A stretch of DNA of 64,000 nt from Octopus bimaculoides (GCF_001194135.2 NC_068981.1:172505821-172569820); one strand, 5' to 3'. Positions 40,943-53,054 are shown, counted from the stretch's first letter. Notes: generated by a model from the letters alone, not told the origin. Made by a program: numbers and translations.

Positions 40943-41560
40943 TTCCGCTGCATCTCTTTTGTGTCCACAGTTTGCATTGAGCACACCATATGGAATTTCT
41001 ACAAACAGCCTTTCTACATATCAAGCAGGGCCATATTCCAGAAGGGAATTGAGAAAGCTGTCTATTTCCCAGCTCAATAAAACTTTGGTCTCTCCTAAGT
41101 TAACTTTAAGACCTTTGATTTCAGGTTTAGCTTCTACAGTTTCAGCTATAAGAATTAGACCATCAATAGAGAGGAACTCTCAAGCGTAACCAGTCTTAAA
41201 TTCCTTTTATAGCCTAGAGGACTATGAAAATTACAAGTGGACCGGGAACCTGGCCCTTCTTGCAAACTAAATTTGTCGCTGTCCTGATTGCTCTCATTTT
41301 ACTGACAGCTGTTCTGTACATGGCTTGGATGGCTCTTGCCAGCTCTAGCTTCCTCAGGGATCCCCAAATCCGGGAGCAAGATTTCTCCATGTTGACAAAT
41401 GCCAAGTTCTGTTTACTTTTGGCTAAAATCTTCTGCAGTTGCCTTACTAGAAAGAGAGCATCAGTAGTGTTTCTCCCTGGCACACAGCTAAACTGCATCT
41501 CATCTAGGCTAACTCTCTAAGTAGTTAAGCTACAACCTTAGTCCAGCAACACCTAAATTT
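40943..41560 (-). mobile_element. Degenerate RTE LINE RT fragment with Cys-rich (PHD-like) insert
   Basis: QFSCVPGRNTTDALFLVRQLQ...AFVNMEK...SLRKL...AIQAMY; then KGLKVNLGETKVL and WPCLICRKAVCRNSIWCAQCKLWTQKRCSG. Confidence 0.8.
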
Positions 41561-41656
41561 GTGCTTTGCTTTGATTAAAATCTGTTCATTTGTATTAAAA
41601 AAAAAACATATCTTGAAATATTTTATTTGAACTGAAATTAAGCAATAGTAACTCAC

Positions 41657-41788
41657 GTGTAATTCCCTCAGACATGATCTCATGCATTTTGCAGCATGCT
41701 GATATCATTCTCATACTAAGCTGGTCAACAATAAGAACTTTCCATTCTGCATTTTTCTTTACTGCCAATACAACATCATTCATAATTT
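41657..41788 (-). CDS. STXBP1: STXBP1 exon 2 (132 nt): [43 protein letters not shown]
   Basis: Acceptor ttgccttcaag, donor gtgagt; ORF track 41595..41783. Confidence 0.98.
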
Positions 41789-41953
41789 CTTGAAGGCAAA
41801 AGAAAAAAGAAAAAAAGTAGGATTAGCCAATTTATATTTCAATTTCAGATTAGAGAAACACAACTTTGATAAATGTTAATAAAATATAATTTCAGAAAAA
41901 TGTACATTGTTAAAAGACATGCATTGATACACAATTTCATTAACAACTTTTAA

Positions 41954-42165
41954 CCTTTTAGGATTTAGATGAATCTGTCAAATGTAATGCGTATTTATTC
42001 ATTGTTTTGAACTGATTATGCATTATCTCATAGCTTTATGATTTCAATGATGTGATTGTTTATCTTTAGAGTGATATAGTAAGGTAGGTTTGAGAGACTA
42101 GACCTAGCCAATTTGAACATACAATAGATAGAATATTTGAGCCTGATAACACCCGTTTAAAAGCG
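41954..42165. mobile_element. piggyBac-type MITE (TTAA target duplication)
   Basis: TTAA at 41950-41953 and 42166-42169 with imperfect inverted ends CCTTTTA / TAAAAGCG. Confidence 0.55.
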
Positions 42166-43536
42166 TTAAAAGTCTTTTTAATTCATACATCTAAACAATG
42201 TTCAAATCAAGAGCATTATCATAACTCATGACTTAAATTCCTAACAGAGAATATGTATTTTTTTTTTATTGATTGATTTTGCCAGATTCTTTGAGAAAAC
42301 AGAATACATTACTGTAGTGTCACCAAACCACAACATGATGCTCAACTCAAATTCCAAAAGGATTTGGACTTGTAGGCACTTGGAAAAGAGAACATTTTCT
42401 TTTTAAATCTTGGTTTTAAAATAATAAAATCATACAAAATGAAATCATCTGAATTATCAATATTGAATCACTTAGTGTAAGTGTTATACATATTTTATGA
42501 TTGCTTTTCTATTCCAGCATTGAGTGGATATGTCATCACAGTCTGAGATAGATATTATTTGGAGTTACCACTCTCCTAGACAAGTCAGGAACCACACTTT
42601 ACTTGTAACTTCCATTTTTGGCATGGTCTACATAGTTCAATGCCCTTCCTGGTGCTAACCACCTTAGTGTATATTAGTACTAGATATGTCTTATCTCTGG
42701 CAAAACTAAAGAGTCCTCTCTACCCTATATTTTCTCCATTCATCCAAGACAACATTAACTGAGAGAGCAAATTAGAGAGTGATGAATAAAAAGCAGGACA
42801 AAGTAATAAAAGAAAGAGTATGATGTGAGAAATAGTGATAAAAGTGCAAGAGAGTGTTAAAGGAGAGGTATGGAAAAGAGTGAGAGTTATAAACAGCTAC
42901 ATTTTGGTTGTTGGTAAGGAGATTGAATAGAAAACAATAGTAATGGAAAAAGAAGCTGTGGCAGGTCAAGAGTGATAGCAATTCAAAGTCCTCCATTAAT
43001 ACACTAATGTCATGGTGGAGAAGCAATAAAAGGGGATATGGGGGAAGATTAAATTCAGAGGAATTCAATACTATCCTTAATTACACAGACAGCATGGTAC
43101 AATGAGAGAGAAGGTTGTAGATGGAGACATAAAATGAACATGATGGGCAAAAGAGCACCAGCAGCATTTATAAGTCTGTTTTTCCATGCTTGCATAGGTT
43201 GGTGAGTCTTCTTCAGCACTCTGTCCTTTATCATCTTTGTAAAGTTAGAACTTTAGAAACTACTCTATATTATCTTGTCCCATGTCTTCTTAGGTGTCCC
43301 TTTTCCATAGATTCCGTTTGCCTCAAGCACTCAACTCTTTATACAATTAAGATTCTCCTTTTAATATCAGAAGCCCATAAAAACAGTCTTCTCTTTTGTA
43401 CACTACAAATACTCTTCTTTCAAGTTTTATTTTCCTTTCAGCTCATTTGCCTATATTATTCATGCACACTAACATTGAATTTCCAGTGAAGTATGCATCA
43501 GTGAAATACAGACACACACACACACACACACATATA

Positions 43537-43700
43537 CAGAGTGTCCAGAAATTAAGGTAACTAAAGTTTCAGGCTTTAATAAACTATCAATAAATGTGAT
43601 AAGATATGAAAATTGTACATCATTATAAAATTTTAGCGTATCTTCTTTTTTGTTTCAGATGAAATAAATTCAGATTTATAAATTAGATAATGGCCATAGA
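43537..43700 (+). mobile_element. Probable Tc1/mariner terminal fragment
   Basis: TA|CAGAGTGTCCAGAAA resembles mariner TIR starts; the partner end was not found. Confidence 0.4.
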
Positions 43701-43719
43701 CTGTATATATTTATATACC

Positions 43720-43768
<49 letters not shown>

Positions 43769-43859
43769 TAAATTCAAATTACAATGAACATAAGCAAACA
43801 AATGAAGTTTGCTTTTAGAAGCGTTGAGATGTCTTAGAAAGTTAAAGAAGACATATACA

Positions 43860-44063
43860 AAGACCCAGGAAGACGTGGGATGAGGTGAAGAACGACCTTC
43901 GAACATTAGGCCTCACCGAGGCAATGACTAGTGACCGAGACCTTTGGAAATATGCTGTGCGTGAGAAGACAAGTGAGACCATAACCTGGTCTCACTGGTT
44001 TGCCAGTCCTCAGTCAAATCATCTAACCCATGCTAACATGAAAAGCAGACGTTAAACGATGAT
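43860..44063 (+). mobile_element. RTE LINE 3' end (KTWDEVKNDLRTLGLTEAMTSDRDLWKYAVREKT) joined to the shared (GAT)n-tail module
   Basis: Translation plus the ctaacccatgctaacatgaaaagcagacgttaaacgatgat tail. Confidence 0.8.
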
Positions 44064-44137
44064 ACAGATATATATATATATATATATACATAAACACAGA
44101 TATATATATATATACATAAACACAGATATATATATAT

Positions 44138-44179
<42 letters not shown>

Positions 44180-44184
44180 CGGCT

Positions 44185-44885
44185 AGTCAGAGGTAAACTA
44201 TCCAACATTACCCTACAGAGGACCTTTCCAGCAACAGCTAACAGACAGATGCCGCAATAATTATTACAGACATCCTTTCTGCCTTTAGATTTATGTAGTG
44301 TCTCCATAGTTGCATCACACCAATCCGGAGGAACCTCTTCACTTTGCCAAACCCTCTGAATCACATCCGTCAACATTCCAGAAAGATGATCACCATCATA
44401 TTTATATATCTCTGCACCTAGTCCATCCATGCCAGGGGCCTTTCCATTGTTCAATTTCCTGATTGCTGCTTTTATTTCAGCCAGGTTTGGAACTTCTGCT
44501 ATAAAATGTTTTGTTGGTTTCTCGGGTATATTATCAAGAAAAGAGAGATCAACTTCAGTGGGTCTATTGAGCAACTCATGAAAATATTCTTTCCATCTCC
44601 CAACAATATCTTTAGGATTTGTTAATAATTCTGTACCATCCTTGCTCCGAAGTGGCTCAACCTTTCATGAAACTGGTCCATAAACTTTTTTCAAGAGAGA
44701 GTATAAAAGTTTGGAATTATTAGCATTTCAAGCCTCTTGGATTTCATCGTATCTATCACTCCACCAATTTTCCTGCATCATCCGTAGCTTCCTCTGCACT
44801 GTTGCTTTTACTACCTTGAAATATGTAGCCACTGTCCTGTTCGTTGACATGTCAACATTTTGCAACATGTTAAATGCAGTTTTAT
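44185..44885 (-). mobile_element. RTE-clade LINE fragment, RT N-terminal domains
   Basis: ORF 44023..44574: KAPGMDGLGAEIYK, W..EEVPPDWCDA, LHKSKG..CNNYCGICLLAVAGKVLCRV; ORF 44728..44985: VQRKLRMMQENWW. Confidence 0.85.
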
Positions 44886-45100
44886 ATTTAAGAGATGAGG
44901 AATTATATACATTATTTACATTTGATGGATATTTGTCCTCATCTTGTTTGTTGTTAACACAACGTTTCAGCTGATATACCCTCAAGCTTTCATCAGGTGT
45001 CTTGGGGAAATTTTTCGAAGTTATTATTATTCAGTCACTGCCTTGAATCAAACTCGGAATCTTGGGGTTAGTAGCCCACGCTCTTAACCACTACGCAATA
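44886..45100 (-). mobile_element. Penelope-like 3' terminal module with tRNA-derived segment, inserted into the RTE fragment
   Basis: Same aacaaacaagatgaggaca / gggctactaaccccaag module as the ends of the 38-39.6 kb element. Confidence 0.75.
44956..45001 (-). ncRNA. Minimal type I hammerhead ribozyme motif
   Basis: GACAC-CTGATGA-a-AGCT(loop)AGCT-GAAA-CG-T-T-GTGTT: stem I GACAC/GTGTT, stem II AGCT/AGCT, palindromic AACGTT stem III. Confidence 0.65.
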
Positions 45101-45255
45101 TCAACAAACCAATCTTGGTGTTTTTTAACAACAAAGCCAAGAATGTTACTACAAANNNNNNNNNNNNNNNNNNNNNNNNNNNNNNNNNNNNNNNNNNNNN
45201 NNNNNNNNNNNNNNNNNNNNNNNNNNNNNNNNNNNNNNNNNNNNNNNNNNNNNNN

Positions 45256-45289
<34 letters not shown>

Positions 45290-45319
45290 CGTATATATAT
45301 ATACACACACATATATACA

Positions 45320-45510
45320 TACACCATCGCTTGACAACTGATATTGGTGTGTTTACGTCCCCGTAATTTAGTGGTTCGGGAAAAGAGACCGATAGAATAA
45401 GTACTAGGCTTACAGCGAATAAGTCCTAGGGTCGACTTGTTTGACTAAAGGTGGTGCTCCAGCATGGCTGCAGTCAAATGACTGAAACAAGTAAAAGAGT
45501 AAAAGAATAT
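45320..45510 (+). mobile_element. SINE 3' module (same family as 34632-34850), opposite orientation
   Basis: cgcttgacaac...gaataagtactaggc...ggtgctccagcatggctgcagtcaaatgactgaaacaagtaaaagag. Confidence 0.8.
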
Positions 45511-45929
45511 ATATACGTGCACACACACATATGAACACATGTATGTATGCTTTTATACATACATACATACATAAATAAATATACACAATTATATCAGTGA
45601 GACGCTTATCTCACTCGCAGTAGACTGAATATCAATAAATTACATTTTCAGAATGTAATGATCTCAAATTCGACAGAAACAGTTGATAGTTTATTTCAAA
45701 GATACTTTGGTATAAAATTTATCTTATATCATTTCAAGCTGTTGGTATGTCTTCTGTATAGTATTGACAATCACTTTCTCTAATTATCTTCACATTTTGG
45801 ATACATATATTAACTCTTCACAAACTTTTTGTGTCCAACAGCAGATGGTGGCAGGAGCATCACATATCCCCAGAGGATACTGAAATTCATGTGCATGTCT
45901 GAAGATTTCAATAAAAATATATCAGTGAC

Positions 45930-46350
45930 TCTTCTATCTTTTATTTTTTACTTGTTTCAGTCTTTGGACTGCAGCCATGCCAGGACACCACCTTGAAGTG
46001 TTTTAGTCAAAGGAATCATCCACAGTACTTATTTTTTTAAAGCCTGGTATTTATTCTATTGGGGTTGCTTGCCGACTAAGCTACAGGGATGTAAACAAAC
46101 TAACACTGGTTGTCAAGGAGTCATGGGGACAAACATAACACACATAGATATATATATATTATATATTATATATATATATATATTATATANNNNNNNNNNA
46201 AAACATGCTTCTTTCAGTTTCTGTCTACCAAATCCATTCACAGGATTTTGGTTGGCCTGGGGCTACAGTAGAAAACACATTCCCAAGGTGCCATGCAGGG
46301 AGACTGAACCCAGAAGTATGTGGTTGAGAAGCAAACTTCTTACCACACAA
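45930..46350 (-). mobile_element. Diverged composite tRNA-derived SINE
   Basis: tttacttgtttcagtc...gcagccatgc...; second half ttctttcagtttctgtctaccaaatcc...cccaaggtgccatgcag. Confidence 0.75.
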
Positions 46351-46396
46351 AAATAACATAAAAATAGAATGCTATTCATAGGCTAAGCTATTCTTG

Positions 46397-46823
46397 TGTA
46401 TATTTAGGGCACTGATTCTAAATTTATCATCAGTTTTTCCTTACCAGCTCTAGATTCAGAGTTACAGCACAGTGTATTTATATGCTGATGCATCCACTCA
46501 AGCACTGAAATTGCGCCCTTCTTCAATTTTGCTGACTGACTTAATGTCATTCTCTCAGATCAATCCATGGAAATTTTCCAAGTGAGAATCTCAAACTAAG
46601 TAAATTATAACACCAATCCCAATTGCCAAGCTTAGGTACATCTAAAGTGAAGATACAATTATTTCTATGTACACTGTTAATTTTTTAGTGGAGGTTATTA
46701 TTATTATTATTATTTAGTGGAGGTTATTATTGTTATTTTTGTATCAAAATAATACATTATTTATTAATTAGAGCTGATAGGGCAAAACTGATACCATTTT
46801 TGGAATTGGCACCCTAAATATAC
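46397..46823. mobile_element. Probable non-autonomous DNA transposon with about 40-bp subterminal inverted repeats
   Basis: gtatatttagggcactgattctaaatttatcatcagtttt (46397) versus the reverse complement of aaaactgataccatttttggaattggcaccctaaatatac (ending 46823). Confidence 0.45.
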
Positions 46824-47544
46824 CCAACAATAGGTCTAATTTCAAAGGCACAAAAATATGTGTTGGCCAGTGTAATATATTCAAACGTTGTTGCAATCAA
46901 TTAATTACAATGAGTTTTCTTGTTATACAGATTGAACTGTAATAGTTTTTTAGTTTCTTGAGATGTCCATTCTTTCTGTCATTGATTTTAAGAAGTTGTA
47001 CTCTATAAATATAATTCATTCATTGGTTGATGAAATTCAAGTATACATTGACTTCAAACCTATTTAGAGACACTGATCTCAAGAAATTGCTCTAAAGTTA
47101 AAAATATACAAAAGGTAAGATCTCTTATTAAATGAGTAAAATAGTTTTATTGATCTTTCATTTCCATTTACATAATTAGAGGAAAATTTCTAAGGAACTG
47201 AACTTAGAATAACTATTTCACTGGTTTTATCTTATTAGACTATTGATTGATTGTCTTTTACAAAAGACATACATCAAAATTATTAAGAAGTAATTTTGAT
47301 ATCTTCTTTCAAGCGTATTTTCACATAAGAGCTTGAAAATACTTCAATTTGTTTTTTTTAAGTCTCAAAAATTTTTCCCACTAATTTTCAAAAGAACCTC
47401 ACCTTTAGAGTTTCATAGCAAAAAGTAAATCTAAAATTCAAGCCATTAACTTTACATGATATTACAATGGGATCTTCCTTGAATTTTAAGTTTAATTTTC
47501 TTTAGAAAACTAGTATTAAATGACCACATCAAATTACAAGAATT

Positions 47545-47760
47545 TTACTATTACTACATCATCATCAGTTAATGCCCTCCTTCCATGCTGGCACAGATTG
47601 GATGGTTTGATAAGAACTGATGAGTCAGAAGACTGCACTAAGCTCAACTGTCATCTCTGGTGTGATATCTACAGCTGGATGCCTTTCCTAATGCCAACCC
47701 TTTACAAGGTGTACCAAGTGCTTTTTATGTGTTACCAGTAGCAGAGAGGTCACCAAGTAA
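47545..47760 (-). mobile_element. Diverged RTE-tailed SINE-like copy
   Basis: catcatcatc...ccatgctggcac...acagctggatgcctttcctaatgccaacc. Confidence 0.7.
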
Positions 47761-49389
47761 TTAGCAAGGCAAGACACCTCTCAACAGAGGGGGCAGGGCA
47801 ACAGCTTTGTACTAGGTGATGAGAGGCACAAATATGAAGAGAGGGTCAGAAACAAGTGTCTTGCAGTAAAGGAGATATATGGCTACCTGAACTAGAGAGA
47901 GAGAGAGAGAGTGGGGGGGTAGATAAAAGAGAGACTGACTAACAATGCTAGCAGCCACTGGTTGAAATAACCATGAGCACCAACAAATATGGCATATAAC
48001 TGTAGAACTACTTGTTAAGATTTGTCACTTAACAAATGTAATCTATCAAGCAATAACTATTAATATTAGTAATTTTTGTAAAACCTCAAAACTGCTAAGG
48101 TAGTGAGAAGAAACTGGGATAATGATAATAATTTTTTACATTTTAGTGTTATTTTTTTAAATGTATCAAATGCAGAGCATATACATATGCCAATGATAAT
48201 TAGTTTGAAACTAGTATTTTCTAATGAAGGTATTAGATCTAATATACACATGGATTAGGGACTTGGGATTAAAGAGTTAAATATCCCTAGACAAAAAACA
48301 TAAGCAAAATGAAAATTAAACACTAGTTGTAAATCTATTCTAAATTTATGACTAAGTAGTCTACTTTAGACTATATAAGCTTTATTCTCATTAATCTAAA
48401 GTACCTTGCAACTTCTTTAGCAATATAATTTGCCTCTAATCTTTTATTACTGAAGTTATTCCACTTAAAAATCAATTAAAACAAATGTTCATAAAGTTAG
48501 AAATAATTTGTCAAATAATTAAATGAAAACAAAATTATGTATAATGAAAAAATGTGAGAATTAAACCATTCATCAAAGTAGATAGGATTTTCCATTTTGC
48601 CAAAATTATGTGGATATGACCACTTCAAATGAAAACTAAACATTGGTCAGAATAACAAAAGTATTAAGCACCCAAGACAGCTTTTTATTAGTTATATCTA
48701 TAAAATAAAGTACCAAACAAAAGAAATAGAAAAAATGTTGACAAGCATCAAAAAAATTATTTAAAATAGCTATAACAAAATGCCCGTGTTAAACAAGGAT
48801 AAAGCTAGCCCCAAGTGTGAGCTATTTGTCCGCCAAAGAAAAGATGATCATCAGAAAATCAAATGATGTCATTTATGCTTCATATAACCTACAAGCACCT
48901 TCTCATCTCCTGAAAACCAGTCAAGTTTTGAAGGCTCTTGTGATGATAATCTCTAACTTTACAAAATCTTTTTCTCAAATAAGATTGTTCTGTTAAGTTG
49001 TACTCCTGCATATAAAGCAACTATGTTTGGTGCTATGTTTCCAGTTTCACTTCTCACACATACATGCACACAACTCCCACAAAGTCTTATGTGCCTCAAT
49101 TCCATGTATGCAGTCACTAAGTGAAAACTTCTGATAACTTCAGCCCAACAAAGCAACTAGCTTTGACTGCATTACTGGCATCAAACCATGCCCAGCCAAC
49201 AGTATGCTCTTAAGCATTTTCTCTGTCTCTTTGAGGATCTATCTCAGCTTATAGAAATATGCAATAATGTGTCCCATCTTCAAGAAAAGTTACTTCCTTA
49301 TCTAGTCAACCATTGACCTAATACTCTCAAAAGTAGTTGTTAAATGTTATAAGCACACATCTCTTTTTCAACTTTGAATACCATTCCCT

Positions 49390-50270
49390 CCTCACGGAAT
49401 ACTTTTCGTATAACCAGATCTGCTGGGATGTTCTATGTCACTCATCAGCAATCTCTTGCATTAGGAAATTTTAGCAAAAACAAATATTTACCTTGACATC
49501 AACAAAACCTTTAGTAATGAGTGGCTTGAATACCTCCTAGTATAGTTGTTTACCATGGCTCTATTTGTCTCATTATTTTAACCAGAGTTTCTTGTCAGAC
49601 TTACATAGCACTGTAAGTTGACTAGACGCTCTCTGGCATACTGGTGTTCTTCAGAGCTCAGTTACAATTTTCACTTTTAAATTCTTTAACCTCCTATGCA
49701 TACATCATACATACAACCTAAACACTGCATCTCAGTCATGTATCATTTTTATGAGTAGAAACCTTGAAAACATCCTCCAATGGGGACATAACAGCTTAGT
49801 CTTGTTCAACAGCACAAAAGTACAATCACTACACATATCAGGGAAATACACATACAATACTATACCTTCCATACCCATGAACAACACACAACTAAGCTTT
49901 CACAAATTTATATATATAAGCTTTGCAATATCACATGATCTTTCAAAGCAAACAAAACTATGACAACTAAAAAAAGGCTAGGCTCCTTTACAAGCTTGAG
50001 TAAGATTCACAGTACTACTCATAGAGATGGAACAGCTACTACACACAAAATCATTCAAGAGCACATACACAAAAAAAGTCATCTAACTATTAGCAAACCG
50101 TCACTCACCAACATATCATATCCTGCTTCCTTTCTCTGTTACTAAAATGAATCTCACTTCTACTAACCAGTAAATTATCACTAAATGCAGCTGTTCATCT
50201 CTCACCATTTTAGCCGCAACTCACAAGAAATTCCGTACTAAAACTTCACCTTGACTCTGCTTCCTTAGAC
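49390..50270 (+). mobile_element. Degenerate CR1/L2/Jockey-group LINE RT fragment
   Basis: LDINKTF (cf. LDISKAFD), TGVLQSSV (cf. GVPQGSV), RNLENILQWGHNSLVLFNSTKVQSL. Confidence 0.55.
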
Positions 50271-51231
50271 TTTTAGAAGTCATATTTAATACATCATCAT
50301 AAAACCTTTGTTATACTATGATGATCACAAGTGACTATGAAGGAACAAATTCAGTATTGTTTGTTGACTGAACAATATCAGTTTGTGAGAAAAGCTAAAT
50401 TGAAATGACTTAAGCATGTAAGAAAGCATTAGCCGAAGGCATTTGTGATAAAGTTAAACCAGAGAAAGGTCAGATCTGCAAATAGTAGTGGAAGAAAATA
50501 CTCATAATAAAGGTAAGCTAAGGATGACAAAACCAAAGACATTGGGTTTAACAGATTAGATAATAGTTCAAGGAAACAAGAAAGGCTGGCTAAACAATGA
50601 CAAATATGATGATCAAGGATTAGTTATGATAGTGTATAAATTGAATTTTCATACTTTTCATACTCTTATCCTATTTCTTTATCTCTTTAATGCATATTTT
50701 ACCATTTTACATAATAAATGCTTTCATCTCAAAAAATTATTCTATAATAAATTCTCTGTCAGATTAAGATCTCATGTGCCTATCATCTTCGAGTAATTAA
50801 CAAAAAAAAAAAAAGAAACACCTTAATCCACCAGCAAATGCTTCCATATACAATATATTTAGTCTTTAGCAGAATGAGAAAATCTTGGAAACATTTTCAA
50901 AAATTATCCAAGCTTCAACTTATATTTAAATACGTAAAGCATTTTGCTGATTGTCTTCAATTCTTTTTTTAATATTCATTATGCAGTTAGTTTTATTGTT
51001 ACACACTATTTAACTGGAATGTAACAAGAAATGTCAAAAAGTTTTGATGTATAATTCTTTCTTTGAGTTTTCAGTTTTTAGGATACCAAATCAAAAGAGC
51101 TTTGACAAATCTGGAAAATGTCATTTTAACAAAAATTGCCATATTTTCATACTGCACAAAACAAGACCTGATTTTAATCAGTAAATAGTTGGATAAAAAT
51201 TTGAAAATCTTTTGATAACATCAAAATCCAA

Positions 51232-53054
51232 TTCATATAGAGATTATGAGTCTATTGTAATATATTACAGCAAAATATACATTTTGAATGCTGAAGATCT
51301 GTACAATTAGTGAGGAACAATTTAGTAATTATAGAATCTAATGTCATGAGAAAGGGTGAACATAAATGTAAGGAAATATAGAGCATTAGTCAAAATGTGC
51401 AACTGTGATGATTGTTATGAATACAATGTAAAAGAATAATGTATGCTGAGTGAAAAAAAGGGTTTGGAATTGATGTTTAGTCCCCTGTCAATGTTGAACA
51501 AGCAGATTTATGACGAAAAGCATTCTAATTATGACCATCCTATCCTTTTGAGAGTTACTAGAACTACATTAACTAATGTGCCTGTACGTTTTTAAAGTTA
51601 GTAGTGCGATTTGAAAGAGATTTGGTTGCTATTTCTTGTAAGTGAAGTGACTATACAAGGGCTCCCTAATTAGCTCACATGGTGTGAGTTGGCTGCAGAA
51701 AGTTACAGAGGTAGATTTTAGAAGAAATATGAATGCTAGGTTTCATACCTGTCCAGCTCATTCATACAGGCATAGAAACATATCTTTCTACAAAGCTTCT
51801 AGAGTTTGAACCAAAATTATATTATCAGGACTGAATTCTTAAATTGTTCAACAGCCATTCTGTCTATATATTCATGTATTAGAAAGTACATCTATAATGC
51901 TTACATTTGTAATCTGCCATTCTATACTATTGGAATTTGAATAGTGCAGATTTAGACCACTTCTCTCAAAATTGGTAACTGCTAGTTGGATTCCAGTTGT
52001 TTGTATGAGAATCCCAAAGGATTCACAATTAAAATTGAAAGATTAGAGAACTGCTTGACTCTGTTACTGAAAAAAACTCAGTTTCCCCTTCATATAGACA
52101 TTATGAGTTTGTTGTAATATATTACAGCAAAACTATACAATTGGGTGTAACTGATATTCTCATTTCAATTTAGACTAAATTGTTCCTCATTAACTGCAGA
52201 AGACCTTGATGTTAGAGAAAGAATTCATATGACATTTCTCAATTTGCTACTTGGTTTATATTTTTTGCTTCTTTCTGATCTTCATGGTTAGGCAGTTTTA
52301 CTTTTTCACTTTCTTTGGCCAATTCAGACCGCTTCTCATCTATTAACTTTCACAACCATAAATTTGCATTTGTAACACGTATCAGATTATATTTTACTTT
52401 TAAAAAAATCTATTAATGGTTCACTGTTTTAAGCATATAAGAGTTTTAAAATTATTAATCGGACTATTGTTTTCCTTTTGGAATCACATATCTGTATTTT
52501 ATTCTGCACTAAACTCTATCAAATTAAGGTAGTATATTTTTCTTCAAAAAATACTAAGAGATCATTTTAACCATTGTTGTTTATGAATCAGTACATTCAT
52601 CATCATCGTCGTCATTTAACGTCTGTTTTCCATGCTGGCATGGGTTTGATGGAAAGCGGACGTTAAACAACGACGATGATCAATGTACTGATTCATAAAC
52701 AACAATGATTAAAATGGTCTCTATTGATGTTCAGGATATAATAGGACAACTGATTAATCCTAAGGATGGGTCATATGAAACAACTTGATGAGTAATTTAA
52801 CTTTTTAGCTTATAAACTCTTACTTGGCCTCAAGTTTCCATTACTTCAGTGTCCAGGAATAATCTGAAGCATTTTTTTAAAACCAGTGACTATATATATT
52901 AGATTCTATAATTAATAAATTGTTCCTCACTAACTGTACAGATCTTCAACATTCAAAATGTATATTTTGCTGTGATATATTACAACAGACTCATAATCTC
53001 TATATGAAGGGGAAACTGAATTTTTTTTAGTAACAGAGTCAAGCAGTTCTCTAA
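51232..53054. repeat. Local repeat family in three copies, two forward (51232-51340, 52043-52132) and one inverted (52900-53054)
   Basis: Shared ttcatatagagattatgagtct.ttgtaatatat.acagcaaaa core; the inverted copy covers both forward copies. Confidence 0.85.
52557..52722. repeat. Long fold-back palindrome (77/74-bp arms, 15-nt loop)
   Basis: Arms 52557-52633 and 52649-52722 align with 7 mismatches and one 3-nt gap. Confidence 0.9.
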
